In this document: positions 28,801-41,893 of the stretch, piece by piece
Layout: each line of letters opens with the position of its first letter
Position numbering within the stretch: the first letter of the stretch is position 1
Assembly (NCBI RefSeq): GCF_964204645.1
Contig: NC_134030.1
Location: forward strand, 5,560,778-5,624,777
DNA length: 64,000 nucleotides
From: Tubulanus polymorphus
Taxonomy: Eukaryota; Animalia; Nemertea
Reading direction: 5' to 3'
Notes under the pieces: generated by a model
The model's input: the letters and a program-made list of their open reading frames with translations, nothing else
Databases searched by the model: none
What the model was told of the DNA's origin: nothing
Program-made: the position numbers and the translations under genes

Positions 28801-31469
28801 GCCTGAATATGGCGATATGACTTTACGATATCGACCCACATTCGCGTGGGGAATCGAACGCACCCGTGAGGTTTGTTTTCGATAAACCGCTGACCAAAAT
28901 GATCGTGTAAGCCGTAGGGATTCGACGCGAACTGGCTTATTAAACCACGGTCATCTGTGTATATACATGTATATTGTCGTCGAAGTTTTCGAATTTGATT
29001 TCAGTGCTGAAATCGAATTAAAGTTCAATAAGTACTAAAGGTCTGGGAACGGTCATGTAGTCCGGGCATGTATCAGCTGTTTTTCTGATCGATGCGCCAG
29101 ATTGTTTTTGCCCGCGTTTCGCGCGCGTCGAAAACAGACGTCCCAAATTCCCCCGCCTGACCCGGAAATCGAATTATATCACCGTTTGAAAAAGTGACGT
29201 TGTCAAAGCGGCCAAAGCTCAATAGAAACATCAGAGGCTGAAATCAATTAGGCACCGTAAATAGTGAATGGACTGCACCGTGGAAATAAGCCCTAAATGG
29301 ATTACGTTGTTGTGATATTTTCTTCGCCGGGGCTTCTCTGCGCCAATATGGTCAAATTTGATCCGCAAATCTGACAGTGTAATTCGAACGAATTGGAATT
29401 TGTGGCAGAATCTACGGATCATTGTCAGTTTTGACATATTGGTATATGGCTGTTGTTGGACAGTGAATAGTAAAAATTGGCATTTCAGATAAAAGACGCC
29501 GTTGAAAATATCGACGTTCGTCTGCTCTTTCCGGCAATTCCTTGTCATCGTCGGGCGAGAAAATCTCTTCCAATTTCCATAATTGGTTATTGCTCGATTT
29601 AGCTTTAAAACCGTTTCGTGTGTGTTCGACAATTCGGACAAAAACGTCGACAGTAATAACGTGGAATTTTATGAATAATTTGAAATGTCACTGCAGCTGA
29701 GCCACAGGATGCTTGTCCCACACATTTTTTGTCTAGGCTTTTACAGAGATGGCCTCCAAACACTTTTATGCTTTTGGCAAATTACGAATCTTCTACCTTT
29801 TCGATTTAACTGTCAGGCTCCTCGAAGTAAAAGATTTGGCATGTTCGATACACTGTAAAGCGTTAGTATGCCAGAAATTCCATATCTTTTTCTGGAATCG
29901 AATTGTTTTTCTATCAATTATAACCGGCGACGCTGGTCGGGCGACAGCGGCGTCTTTAACGGATTTAACGCCGAAGCCGAGGAGATTTTCGTCGGGTGCA
30001 TCGACGCAACCCCGAATTGACCTGTCGATGATGAGAGTTTGCAGAAATTCCCATGTGTTTTGTGAATATTGCCGCAAAATTTCTCGCAAGCTTTTTCGCA
30101 TTAGCCACCTCGAAATTGATCAATTAGATGCCGCGACGAGTCCTATTTTTCCAAGATGAAATGTTTCAACAAAAAATAGATTTCATGATTTTCAATTTCC
30201 ATCTGTACTTACAATTTCAATATATTCCACCTATAAAGTAAACATCATTTGTCCTGTCATTCGGAGTATATATACATATAGAAATCAGACTGCGAGATTT
30301 TATATCTAAATAAGCAATTATTCTCAAGACAAAATACACATTTACATCGTCATATATAAAACCGGAGTGCTTTTGACCTGTCAATTAGATATCGATATTG
30401 AAATCTAACATGAGTGCTAATTGTAATGGTTTTTTGAGTGATATTGCAAATCAGGGCGTGTATTTATATATCAAATAACTATAAATATTCGTATATATTG
30501 CGGTATCTATATGAACATTCATAAGTATGGCACCCGAGGCGCCCATATGCCGTTAAAGTAACGGTGTTATATGTGGGGTGTTGCCGTTAGGTACTCGGGC
30601 CGTCAGATCCAATTTAAATCAAAACATTTACCATTCAAATCGACGCAATTTTCTCCAATTGTCAACAACGTTTCATACAATTTGAATTAACGATAAATAT
30701 TACGCAAACCGATGACCTTTTTGTGTCATAATTGTACAACTAAACGAGCCATTTACCTTTGTTCGTGAGTCGAATTAGCCATCTGATCGGTTTAGTATCC
30801 AACGGCGGCCCGATCGCCATCGGGTATTTTGGGTATGATTCTCAAAAGAAAAGTTACCCATTGCGAACGCGTCCAAATTGCCTGTATATTCCCGATTGTG
30901 TATCAATGACAGTTTCATTGTATTTCCGATAAAGATAAAATCGTTATACATGTTTACGATAGATGTTGCTATGTGTATTTTGTATCCTCCGCGGTGTGTA
31001 GATGATAATTTCAATTTTTTTACTTCCACTATAAATCAGAAATTTTCTGTTTGAAAAATAAGAAACATGATGTTCACCTGGGGAAGATCTAAACACTACT
31101 GTGGTGTAGAGCTCCCGGGTATAATGGCATTTTTTATTTGGCCGTCAAGGTTTTAAAGTGTATATGATTTGTGAGAAGTCATTAGGCGCTCTCTTGTCAG
31201 AGAATGAAAAATAACAAAATTATGGCCCATAATTGCCTGCTATAAAGATAATGGGGTCAGCGAGAACATTAAGGATATTTTTCATCCGAGATGTTCATCT
31301 CGACAGCTCGGAGATATATGACCGACGGGGAAAGCGTAAAAACGCTAACGGTGTTTCGCAAGGTCGCGTTATAGCCATATTTACAAATATGTATCGCCAA
31401 AAACATGTTATGATTTCGCGTGTATTTACCACGGAAGTTACACGCAATGGAAGCCGCACTTGAATCGAC

Positions 31470-31524
31470 CTGTCAAACAACATAAATCGGCTGCATTGAT
31501 TGGCTGCGCGGCCGTCATGTGATC
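31470..31524 (+). promoter_or_regulatory. Hox2/pb proximal promoter module: CTGTCA, inverted CCAAT box, E-box
   Basis: CTGTCA at 31470, TGATTGGCT at 31497-31505 and GTCATGTGA at 31514-31522, about 170-220 bp upstream of the ATG. Confidence 0.6.
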
Positions 31525-31691
31525 GCCGACAATCGTTGAATATCATTTAGCGTTATTTCTTGCGCTTGTGTATGGAGTTAATAATGGAAATAGGCTGTAC
31601 TACTCCGCGTGTTCGATTCCCGGGGACATCGTATAGCGCCGGGTGAATATTTTACCGCGCAGTGCTGTTTAAATCCTCTTTTTCTCTCACT

Positions 31692-31953
31692 ATGCAGGAA
31701 CTGATGGAGACGGGTTTCATAAACAGTCGACCCAGTATGGCCGAGTTTTTGACGAATGTGGCCGATTTGAACGGTTCCACGCAGGTCGGATCATCAATCA
31801 CGCCGGAGACAAACGTGCCCCCGTATTGCCAGCCGAGTTTGGACAACGATCGGGCGAAAAACGCCGACACGCCGCCGACCAAAATTCCGGAATACCCTTG
31901 GATGAAGGAGAAGAAAAACCAACGCAAAAATCACATCCAGAACGGCTTCGACG
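31692..31953 (+). CDS. pb: Hox2/proboscipedia exon 1
   Basis: MQELMETGFINSRPSMAEFLT matches the PG2 N-terminal GFINSQPS.AE motif. Hexapeptide IPEYPWMKEKK is PG2-type. Donor G|GTGAGT at 31954, phase 1. Confidence 0.96.
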
Positions 31954-34900
31954 GTGAGTGTTTTACTATTGTATTTTACTACGTTCGCCTCTCGGCAAAA
32001 GCTATGATAATAAATTACTAGCGTGTAAACCTCCAGTAAATTTATGGCGATGAATGATTAGCTGCTAGCTGCTGCTTACCTACCTGGCCAGACGCCTCTT
32101 GTTGCTCGGCATTAACAATAATATATTACTCAAAACTGTGACATCAGTGTCATGGCTTGGCAAATCTGTGCGTTGTGTGTGGAGTGTGTAATATTCTATG
32201 CGCGCGGCAGATAAAAAATAAGACGATGTTTGTTTTTCCGCTGACACATCGCCGGCACTGACAAAGAGTGATGGCTTCCTTTGATGTGGCCGCGCCGTGT
32301 ACTAGAGCGGCCCGTAACGTTCACTATACGGAAAAAGTACAGACATTCTTCGTCTTTTAATGTACGTCATTTTTGGGGCCCTCGTTCCAGACAAGCCATA
32401 TGCGCGGCCCCGACGTAATTGACCCAGATATGTTCAGTTTTTATTCACACGTCTGCTTTTGTGCCTCGTGATTTATGGGTTTTCCTCTCCCCCTTTGCTT
32501 GTGATTTGTAGTTTTATGATGGCCTCTAAGTGTGATGAGAAATCGGCATGTATTCCGCTGTATTATAACTGTGTCGGTTATAAATTCACGTTTTCGACTT
32601 TCAACAGACATTTCCATAAAACCCACTCGTAGACGTAGAAACATGCATATACAATAAATGCATCCTGATTAACCTAGATTATAATGAAAATAGGTGACTT
32701 AGAAATATAATATCATTGTCGAAGCTTCAAATCCCTCAGCCGTCACCAGATGCAATATCTTATGACATATATCACGTGATGTATCAGCTTCTTCTGGGGC
32801 AATAAAGTTCTAAACTTGAAAATAAATTCTTTTCTAGACGACTAGAAATATTATACAGGAATATTCGGCGCTTTCAGCCGATTTAATCATGGAATCTAAA
32901 GCGATGAAGTCCACGATTTAATTAAACTCGTCCTATATGCGTATGGTGTATGGTGTATTATGTATTTTGATTTGATTTCATTATTCAAGGCTTTGGCTTA
33001 GCTGCAGCTTTGCACTTGTATAGAATATTTACATTCATAATTAAGGCTTCAACGGTGACATCATGGTTTTTGGTTTTTATGACACCTTGTTTTCAGTGAA
33101 CATTTTGTTAATTTATGCAGTGATCACGAAGTCATGACATTATATATAGGCCTATATAGTTCTTAGGCGATTATCACAAAAATATCCAAATCAGTATTTA
33201 TTCAAATATGAACTATTCGAATGAATTAAACGCCATTTTTCATATATTCTATATCCAGACAGACAGCAGACGTATTTATGCAGTTTTGGAAAAGTATTAA
33301 TCGCCCTTTTGTTGTACCGATGAGGCCGTGGCCTTTTTACACGACTATTTCTATCGAAAAGTGACTTTCAAATCGTGGAAAAAATATTCGCGTCGTTTTG
33401 TGATGCTTCAGTTGGTTTCAATTGGAAATTCATTCCGCATTTTCGGATTTTAATTCGACTTCTGCCTGAAAGAGTCGGGGCCGATTTTTATCTCGGTTCT
33501 CGGATTTTGTTGTCGATTTAAATGCTGGCGGAGATGCTATCGGGAAAGCTGTTGAAATTCGGTTTTCGTCCTTTTCGTTAATTGGCGATTACTGTTCGTT
33601 GATAAAAATCGTAACTGTGAGTGGCATTTAATTTAAAAACCCGAGGCGATCTTGATCGGTGCCACAGCGGTCAACGGTGAACTTCAAGCTGGTCCCGATG
33701 TGACACTCCACAAATCAAGCTCTGATGCATTACATTTAGACAGATTTCGATGTTCTTTTGCTGCCAGCCCGTGAAGTTTTGATACGTTCTTATGAACTGA
33801 ATATATACGATACAAAATTTGTGTATCATTTCATTCTGTTGTATTATATCCAACCATATCTATCAATACATATCTTTCGAATAGCCATCATATTGATAAT
33901 AATTGTATGTTCACATATGCGGTGAAAGCAAGGTATAACTGAGTCACTGTTTGACCACTCTGACTTACGGCCAGTGACCAATTGACTTTGCAAGGCATCC
34001 TTGATAAGTCGGTCGCTATTATTTCGCCATTGATAATTCAAAGCTTTCGTTTAAGACTTTCTTTCCGCGTCAACGCATCGGCGTTATTTTATCCCTTTCA
34101 GTCGCTGTCGAAGGGGTGTTACCGTCCAACTCGAGGAGCATTGTCCGAACCCAATCGGTTTTCCATTTTTGAAACAGCGTCTAGATCGATCAGTGAGTCA
34201 TTTCGGAAGTTAGAACCGTGCCGTCAAGGGACCGTGTCTGAAATCATAAACGAATCGTCTAAAAAGTCTTTCCCGATTCAATTTCCTCGTCATAGCTAGT
34301 TGCTTATATTAGTTTGGACAACAACTTCAAAGATGGCGACATCTGATGAAAGCTTCGCCGATTTTTATTCATATGGAAATTATCGCCAACGTGTAAAACA
34401 TGGTTTATTAATTGCGAAAAATATTTTCTAACCGGTCCCGCGAAAACGCCGTCTTAATCCAGTTGTAACCGGTTGGTTAGAAAACAAGAAATGTGGTGCG
34501 GCTGCAACCGCAGATATTTGACGCATGGCTGAATGCTGCAGTCGTGGTAAATAACGATACTTTTTGAATGGATATCTCACTGGTTAACAGCGAATATTTC
34601 ACCGCGTTTCTCTGAACCGACTGCGTGTCGGTTCTTAGTTGTAAACACGACGGCCTTGTGCTACTCGATCGGCCTCTTCAAGAATAATGCCAACATCTTC
34701 CGCCCGGTGGCGGACGAGTCGTATAAAGATGCTCTGGACCAGCCAGATTTTTAAGGCATTTCGCTTATTTTAACCCCACCGCTGCAAGCGGGACCTCAGA
34801 CCAACGTCGATATCACGATTCGAAATATGTTCCTATCTAATGGCGACATTCGGTGTTCAATAAAAATTAGAATACAATGCAGCACCCAGCTGTGGCATGT

Positions 34901-37900
34901 TTCGGGATTGTGCTTGTAGTGTAAGCGACGGGGTAAAGGGTCTTATGGCAAAGCATGACACGTCGACAGGTTTCAGTCTTTGTATTTTTATCCAGATGTT
35001 TATCGATTAACGAATGTATTCGTTTCATTAATTCGCGTTACGCGTCTTGAAATACGCGCATCGAATCAATTGATACTTTACAGGCGAGAGCTCGTTATAA
35101 CTATGGGAAACGAAAAACTAGACCCCAACGAGGAAATTCGATTACTATCTTACGGGATGTAATTAACTTCCTTCACGAGGAACAACTACGAGGTACCCTG
35201 TTGTGTTCAACCTTGGAGTAAACAAGGTTCAACCCTCCCTAGAACTAACAGATACTCAAGGGCGACACCAAGTTCGTCGCAACGAGGTCCCGCCGTACTT
35301 TGACCAGATTTCCATATTCGATGTAACCGATGTGTCTGTCACGCACTCGCGTGTTTACAATCATATCAGTGAAATATTATCTTAATTACCTTTAATACGA
35401 GTTATAATGCGCATATAAACCGCCGGTTTATCGGTGTAAAATACTCGAAAGTAAACAGCTAATACTTTTCCAAATAGAGATATGCTCGACACGCTGATAT
35501 CGTTGGTTTTTTCACCAACTGATTTACGAGCTGCGTATCACAATGCGTATCGGGCGATGTCGACGGTAGGGGTGCGAAAGATTTTTTATTTTTTTATCGT
35601 GCAATGATCCTCCATATTATTTCTTCGCTATCTTCATTGGACCGCGATAAGAGATTCTGATGCATTCTAAATGTGGAGTTGAATAAGTTCAATGATTTTA
35701 TGAATTACCACATCATAAAACCATACGTCGTTATCTGCATATATGATTATATGATGCGCATGAACATTCGGTATTTCACACAAAAAAATAAGCTGTTTAA
35801 ACATGGCTCCCTGATCGTTTATCTTGTTATCTCAATCGACGTTTGGTTTACACGCTCACGTATATAAAAATGGTTTGCGTATCAAAATACGTGATCATTA
35901 TTAGCTGCACGAAATCCAATCCACGACACGAAAAAAAACCTGCCTTTCCGCCTTTCCATCTCTACAAGTTTCGAAGTGGCGACTAACATGTGGAATGGGT
36001 ACATCTTGAACGATATACACTTGGAATATTTGACCAGAGACATCGAAAACTACGGACTCATAAATTGTGGTAAAAATGATATAATGTACATCGCCTTAAT
36101 TTCGTTATCAATCGTATATGCATAGGCAATATGTATATAAGGCATATTAGATTATCCGTCGTGTAAAAAACAAGTTTGATTATGTATTGGAGGGACATGT
36201 ATAAGATCTATATATCTTGATACTTGTTACTTGTTTTGCTTGACGGAATGAATATATAAGTGATGTGACTAATAGCTGGTCATTCATTCCCTGTGGATTT
36301 GACGATCTACACTGAAACCGATGCGAATCATACAGCGCACAATTTGATATAAATCCCGGGGTCTATCAGTGAAATGTTGGCTATATTACGTATCTACTAG
36401 AGATCCTTATCAATTGATGCAAATTCGTATTGCTAACTACACGAGCATGCATTACTTTTCATTCGACAGAGACAACACATTCTCCAAACATGGACGACTT
36501 CGACGAAATGTTTTCGTCCTTAGACTATCTCCGTGAGTATACAGGATTCTTTCTGATTTACGTGTATGAAAGAATAGACGAGTTCGTGCCATTATGAAAC
36601 GTATCATTTCACTGTTGTGGTATCGTGATTCCGTTACCTTTTGAATATCTGTCCTTTCGGTTCATTCTTTACTATTCATTGATTCAGATGTGTGTTTATT
36701 ATGATTTCATTCTACAGTTGTACCGTTCGTCGACTTTTTAATCAATGTTTTTGCCTCCGTATGTTCGCGAGTGAATCGTGATTTTACAACCGAGCGCTCG
36801 TGAAGGTATAGAATTATCAGGGCGAAATCAGCTAGATTAAATTTCTCGTTGGGTGTCAGTCGTTTGAATGAATTTAATCAACGATCCGCTGTAAGAATGG
36901 GAGGGAGTTCAAGGTTATTTAAATCTCAAGGGCACGAAGGCACGTAGGTATTTCTCTTAAAAGGTTTGCAGTTCTTCCTGGCGTATAGGTAGCCTTTTGT
37001 ATTCGAGGGATTTGCTTGCAAGGAGAAAATGAATCTTTTTATTCAGTGTACCTTCGTTGACTTCTTAATCTCCCCACCACAGCGGGTCAGGTGTTGTATT
37101 TTATCGTTTCCTGGCAACTTGTCACCTTGTTAAATCCGTGCTATCTATACGGCATTACGGATGTGATTATGCGTTTTAACGGTCACCGGGATCATGGAAT
37201 GAATTTAAATGATGTAACAGCTGCCTGCACAGTATTGTGAAGTGTATATGGGAAGATTTCTTCTTGATACTCGAAGGTTTTTGTCGTCTGATTTTCCTTC
37301 ATTACCTGTTTATTTCGTGTGCATTAGTGCTTTTATAGTTCTTTGTGCGAAGCGTTTGATTCACCTGAGACCCTCCACGATATGACTTTTGTCAGACCAT
37401 GGACGTAGATCTAGTTTTGTCAGACATTTCTTCAAATGTTCTTCCCAGCGTTACTATTTTGAACGGCGCCGTATTTTACACCACATGGCGGCTCTTGTGA
37501 TGTGTCTTGCGGTTGTTTTGATCTGTTTCGATGCGAACCGTTATGATTATCCGACTCGACCAAATACCTTTTCGCAACGCGAATTGACAATTAAACCGAG
37601 AACGCTAACAGAAGTCTCGGACATAATCTGATTACGCACACGCTGTCGGCTTCGTTCTATTGCCCTAAGGCTGGCGATTTTATCGGACAATAACACAACA
37701 AAGTTTACAAACATGCCTAAGCAATTCTTTGAAATTCATGGGTCTTCGATGATTTGAAGGTGCTACATGTCCTTCGGCGAGCGATTGAGCCGCCCAATGC
37801 GTCGCTCGTTTGTGATACGATTGTGTCAAATACGAGGAATCGTTTACACTCACCCGCCCCCTATTGTGCGCGCAGATATTGAACACCTGTTTGCCCCTAT

Positions 37901-40172
37901 CTTCTAAAATAGCGTTTCAATCAGATTCTATAGGTTTTAGTTCGGTGTATCGTTGCTATACGGATGTTTGGCCGCTCCAACGTATAATTTTCGGATTGGC
38001 TGGACTTCATGCGAATTCTTGATATTTTGGCAAATCCATGTATTTGTATTCCTTCGTCTTTTCATTGTGTTTTTTTTGTGAACGCTCATATAGCCGGCAG
38101 CGGTTTGATCTGAAATTCACATGTTATTTATTCAGTCCAGTCGGCTGTATACGACGCCTAATACATAATTCTGAAATAGATATTCTTATCACATCCACGC
38201 TATCCGTGTCAAGGAAATGGAACTGTATTCCTGAATTCATATTTCGCGTTAACATCAAGGTAACATTTGCATATTTATGAACGTGACGAATCGACTCGAT
38301 TGCCGCCGCTGTATCGACTAGGGTACAATCAGATCGAAGTAGGATAGTTACTGAGCCGACTCCAGAAATCAATGTCTGAAAATTGGATAATTTCTTCGTC
38401 GTATTAAGATGAAAATAATTCATCTAATCTCAACCAGGCTAATAACTCATTCTTAATTGTAAAAGAACGATAATTTTTTTTCAATTCTATTCAGTTCTTA
38501 TGTGATGCTGGCCTTGGAATGACGCTCTGGGATTCATTAGTTTATGAAGGCCATCTAGCCAGTCCGTGTTACTGATTGACCAAATAAATGTCTCTCTTCG
38601 GCGGCTTATCGCATTAGCATGTGGCGTGTCAACTAATGTAATCTCGCGAACTGACAACCGAAGCCAGCCGTGATGTTCGATATAGCGAATATTAATCGGG
38701 CTTCCCAAAATGAAGTTCATACTGCGATGAATGCCAGAAGACCTTTATACAGTGACTTGGCGTCAGTGTCGTTTCCTTCCGTCAACTTCCAGCCTGTAAA
38801 TGCGACGTGTTTTTTTACTTTATCTGTCGTTCGTTGTCTCAGTGTGATAAGCCGTCTAGGTGGCGTTTCGCTACCGAAGATTACGACGTAAAATGATTGA
38901 CGTACGTCCGTCAATTGTCATTCAAAAAACGCTGTTAATTAATCTACTGATATCAAGGGAAATCTGAATAAGGAGGTTGTGTCAGTTGATTGCGAATAAC
39001 CATATGGCATTTTTGCGTCTGTTGTTTCGTTTATGTGTATGAATATAGAATTAAAGACGTATTTAGTACCGACGTAATGAGCGTTTTTACTGAAAGACAG
39101 TCGACGTCTTCAAGACAAAGTAATGGCGGCTTTTTGCTATGGTTTTATTGCGAGCATAATCGACTGGGAAAGAGTCCGTTCTGATTTCCTCTGCTCGCGA
39201 CAGATTCAATTTAAGCCGGGTTTCTGCGCGCTTTCGGCGTGATCTTTTTTCTCTGCCGAAGACATCAAACACTTCCCGTAATTCCTGTTTTAATTTAGAC
39301 ATTGTCCCGTTGATTCGCCATCTACGTCCATCAAATCCTCCGAACGCGCTATCATTAATTGAAGTTGACGTAATAATGCACGCTCTAAAAGCCGGGCATG
39401 CGCATCGGGCAGATCGGTAAGCCGCTCAAATCGTGTGAGTTAATTGAACTCCGATGTCGTTGCATTTTCTCATTTTGGATCGTCGCAAACTATAAGACGT
39501 TGGATTTTTAATATTCAAATGAAGGAAAATCCCCGAACTAAAGTTATAAACTAGAAAAGTAATTGGTTTTTCATAGACAAGTCACTGTCTTTTTCAGTTG
39601 AAGCGCAAGAGCATTTTGACATTTCGACTCAAATCTATATAAGCCCTTTTCGAAAACAACTTTTCTTGAAAATGGTTCATATCACTTGAGTGGAAACGTC
39701 AAAATCATCTTACAGTTTTTCTTCAATTCGGATGCGTTATTCGTAAATAGAAAATCGATTGTTTTCAAATGTGACCCGCGAACGTTATCGCTGAATAATG
39801 TCCACCATTTTGAAAGACATTAGGAATACGAATCGTTGTTTATCCCTTCGTATTTTTTCTGCAATCGTTGACCATTGACATGACAAGCACAAGTGCAAGC
39901 GCGACAAAGCATTCATCATTTATAGCTGCCAAAATGTCAAACGCTAGGTCTCAGTCAGTAGTTCTGCTGCCGTGGACACTAGTCCGGTGATGATGTAATT
40001 TTTCACTGATTTCTCAGGTCATTTATCATAGTTAGTGACGGGCACTTGACCATTTATGACCCTGGGGGATAGTTTGGTCATCAGTTGTGCAATGTTCTAC
40101 ATTAAGAACAACACAGCATGAAATTAACTCAACATTAATGTTAATCGAGTTTTTTTCTATTATGTTTTGCAG
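31954..40172 (+). other. Hox2/pb intron (8219 bp, GT-AG, phase 1)
   Basis: Donor GTGAGT and acceptor ttttttctattatgttttgcAG have compatible phases; the junction codon G|CC encodes Ala. Confidence 0.9.
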
Positions 40173-41893
40173 CCCATGGACAGGCTCAAGGTGCCGGAGG
40201 TAACAACCCGCGACGACTACGCACGGCGTACACGAACGCACAGCTGCTCGAGCTCGAGAAAGAATTCCATTTCAACAAGTATCTCTGCCGACCGAGGAGG
40301 ATCGAAATAGCGGCTTCGTTAGACCTGACCGAGCGTCAGGTGAAAGTATGGTTCCAGAACCGACGCATGAAATACAAACGACAAACTCACAACAGTAACA
40401 AATCTTCCGGCGAGTCGGTCGATGGCGAGGAGGCGGTCAGCAATTTAGCGGACAGCACAACCGAATCGGCGTTAGGCGACAACAAAAGTGATTGCGATGT
40501 TAAGGAGAAAATGGAACCACCTTCCGTCGAAAGCAATAACGAGTCTCTGAAATCGCCGAATATTCTGGGTGATCACGGAGAAACAGTGGCGTCGCCTGGT
40601 GATACTAGTTCGAATGGTCAGGCGTCGCCGAAATCTGGCAATACCCCACCGGACATAGCAATAAAGTCCAGTGACGAGTCAGGGTTTAATACGGACAGGG
40701 AAAAAGTTGCAATTAATATCAAGCAGGGTAGCGCGAACGGGGCACGAAGTCCGGGCAAGAAAAAAGAGTTGCCGCGTACAACAGCGTCGCCTATCGACGA
40801 ATCTTGCAAAAAGAGCGTATTTTCAGACATTAACCTTTCCGCGTATCAACATAAACCCGATATGGGCAACATGTTTTCACAGGCCGAGAAATATCAAAGT
40901 TTCGCACAAGAATATCTACAAGGCAGCACCAGCCCCGGTCCTGCTTTTAGTCAATCAGTTTCTAGTCCCGTTACGTCGTTTTCACGGAATACTGCCGCGG
41001 AATTGGCGAACTACCGAGATTTCAACGGTAGCAACTTTCCGGCTTCTGTCGCGTTGACTTCAGTGACAGGAAAGTCGCCACCGTGTCCCGGCATACAACA
41101 ACAGCAGCAACAGCAACAGCAGCTGCATAGCCTTTATAATTTTCCTATCAGCCAGACGCCGCGATCTCAGCAAAAATCACCGAACCAAGGACAAACTAAT
41201 TCGGCTAATCTAGTTGGCTCTCATGCCCAGAACCATTTCAGTTATCTATACCCACAAACTGTGTACGGAGCCTCGCCGCCGTGCACGAGTCCTACAGGAC
41301 AGGCAATCGGGCAAAGTTTTTCCGGGCAACATTCGTTGGACAACAACCAGGCAGCAGCTTATCAACGATTCTCGCAGGACGCGTTCGCCAAAAGTTCTAA
41401 CGCGTACTCGGGCAACGTTGCTCAGGTGAACGGGCATTTTGTGTCGTCATCAGCGGCCGATCACGTGATCAGACAAGTGACGAACGGTCAAATGAACAAT
41501 AACTACACTCAGGGTGCGAACGATTTCATTTTCAACCAAAAGTATAACTCTCAGAATTATCATCATTTCAACTACCACGCCAATCAGACCGCGTGCCAAC
41601 CTAACCAAATCGGCGGAGAGAACTACGGCCCGACTCCGAACGGCGGTGGCGGTGGCTCTTACGCCGAGATTACGCGCATGGTGCCCGGAAGCCACGGACA
41701 TACAGTGACGAATAATTACAACAACGAACAGATCGCGAACTCGAGCTCATCTCCCGCTTTGAACAATAACGAATGCAGCCCTGGCACGTACGTGTCGTAT
41801 TCAAATTACAACAACGAGTGCCCCATTAATCAAATTAGTAATTATGCACCGTACGCGACACCGTACACAACGGGCTTTTACCCCGAAACTTGA
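40173..41893 (+). CDS. pb: Hox2/proboscipedia exon 2 (homeodomain plus ~500-aa S/N/Q-rich C-terminal region)
   Basis: Homeodomain 40208-40387 [60 protein letters not shown] is diagnostic of PG2. The frame is open to TGA at 41891-41893. Spliced CDS is 1983 nt = 660 aa. Confidence 0.96.
41096..41122 (+). repeat. CAA/CAG (opa-type) repeat encoding Q9 in Hox2
   Basis: caacaacagcagcaacagcaacagcag in frame. Confidence 0.9.

Noticed and set aside
4458-31600. Numerous 60-136 aa ORFs between Hox3 and Hox2 and elsewhere (e.g. 11778-12167, 29749-30159, 54808-55254)
   Set aside because: No recognisable domains, composition typical of random AT-rich DNA, many overlap on opposite strands, and no transposase or reverse-transcriptase motifs.
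31662-32021. ORF-track boundaries for the Hox ORFs (31662-32021, 57764-58465, and starts at 3668 and 40340)
   Set aside because: These use bacterial-style GTG/TTG starts or run on into introns. The real boundaries are set by the ATG and splice sites given in the features.
40018-40030. AG...GTTAGT-bounded 13-nt segment just upstream of Hox2 exon 2, considered as a microexon
   Set aside because: Length is not a multiple of 3, so it would frameshift the homeodomain; the donor is weak.
40618-41708. Overlapping alternative-frame and antisense ORFs within Hox2 exon 2 (likewise within the Hox3 and Hox1 exons)
   Set aside because: Expected shadows of a GC-richer coding exon, with no independent evidence.
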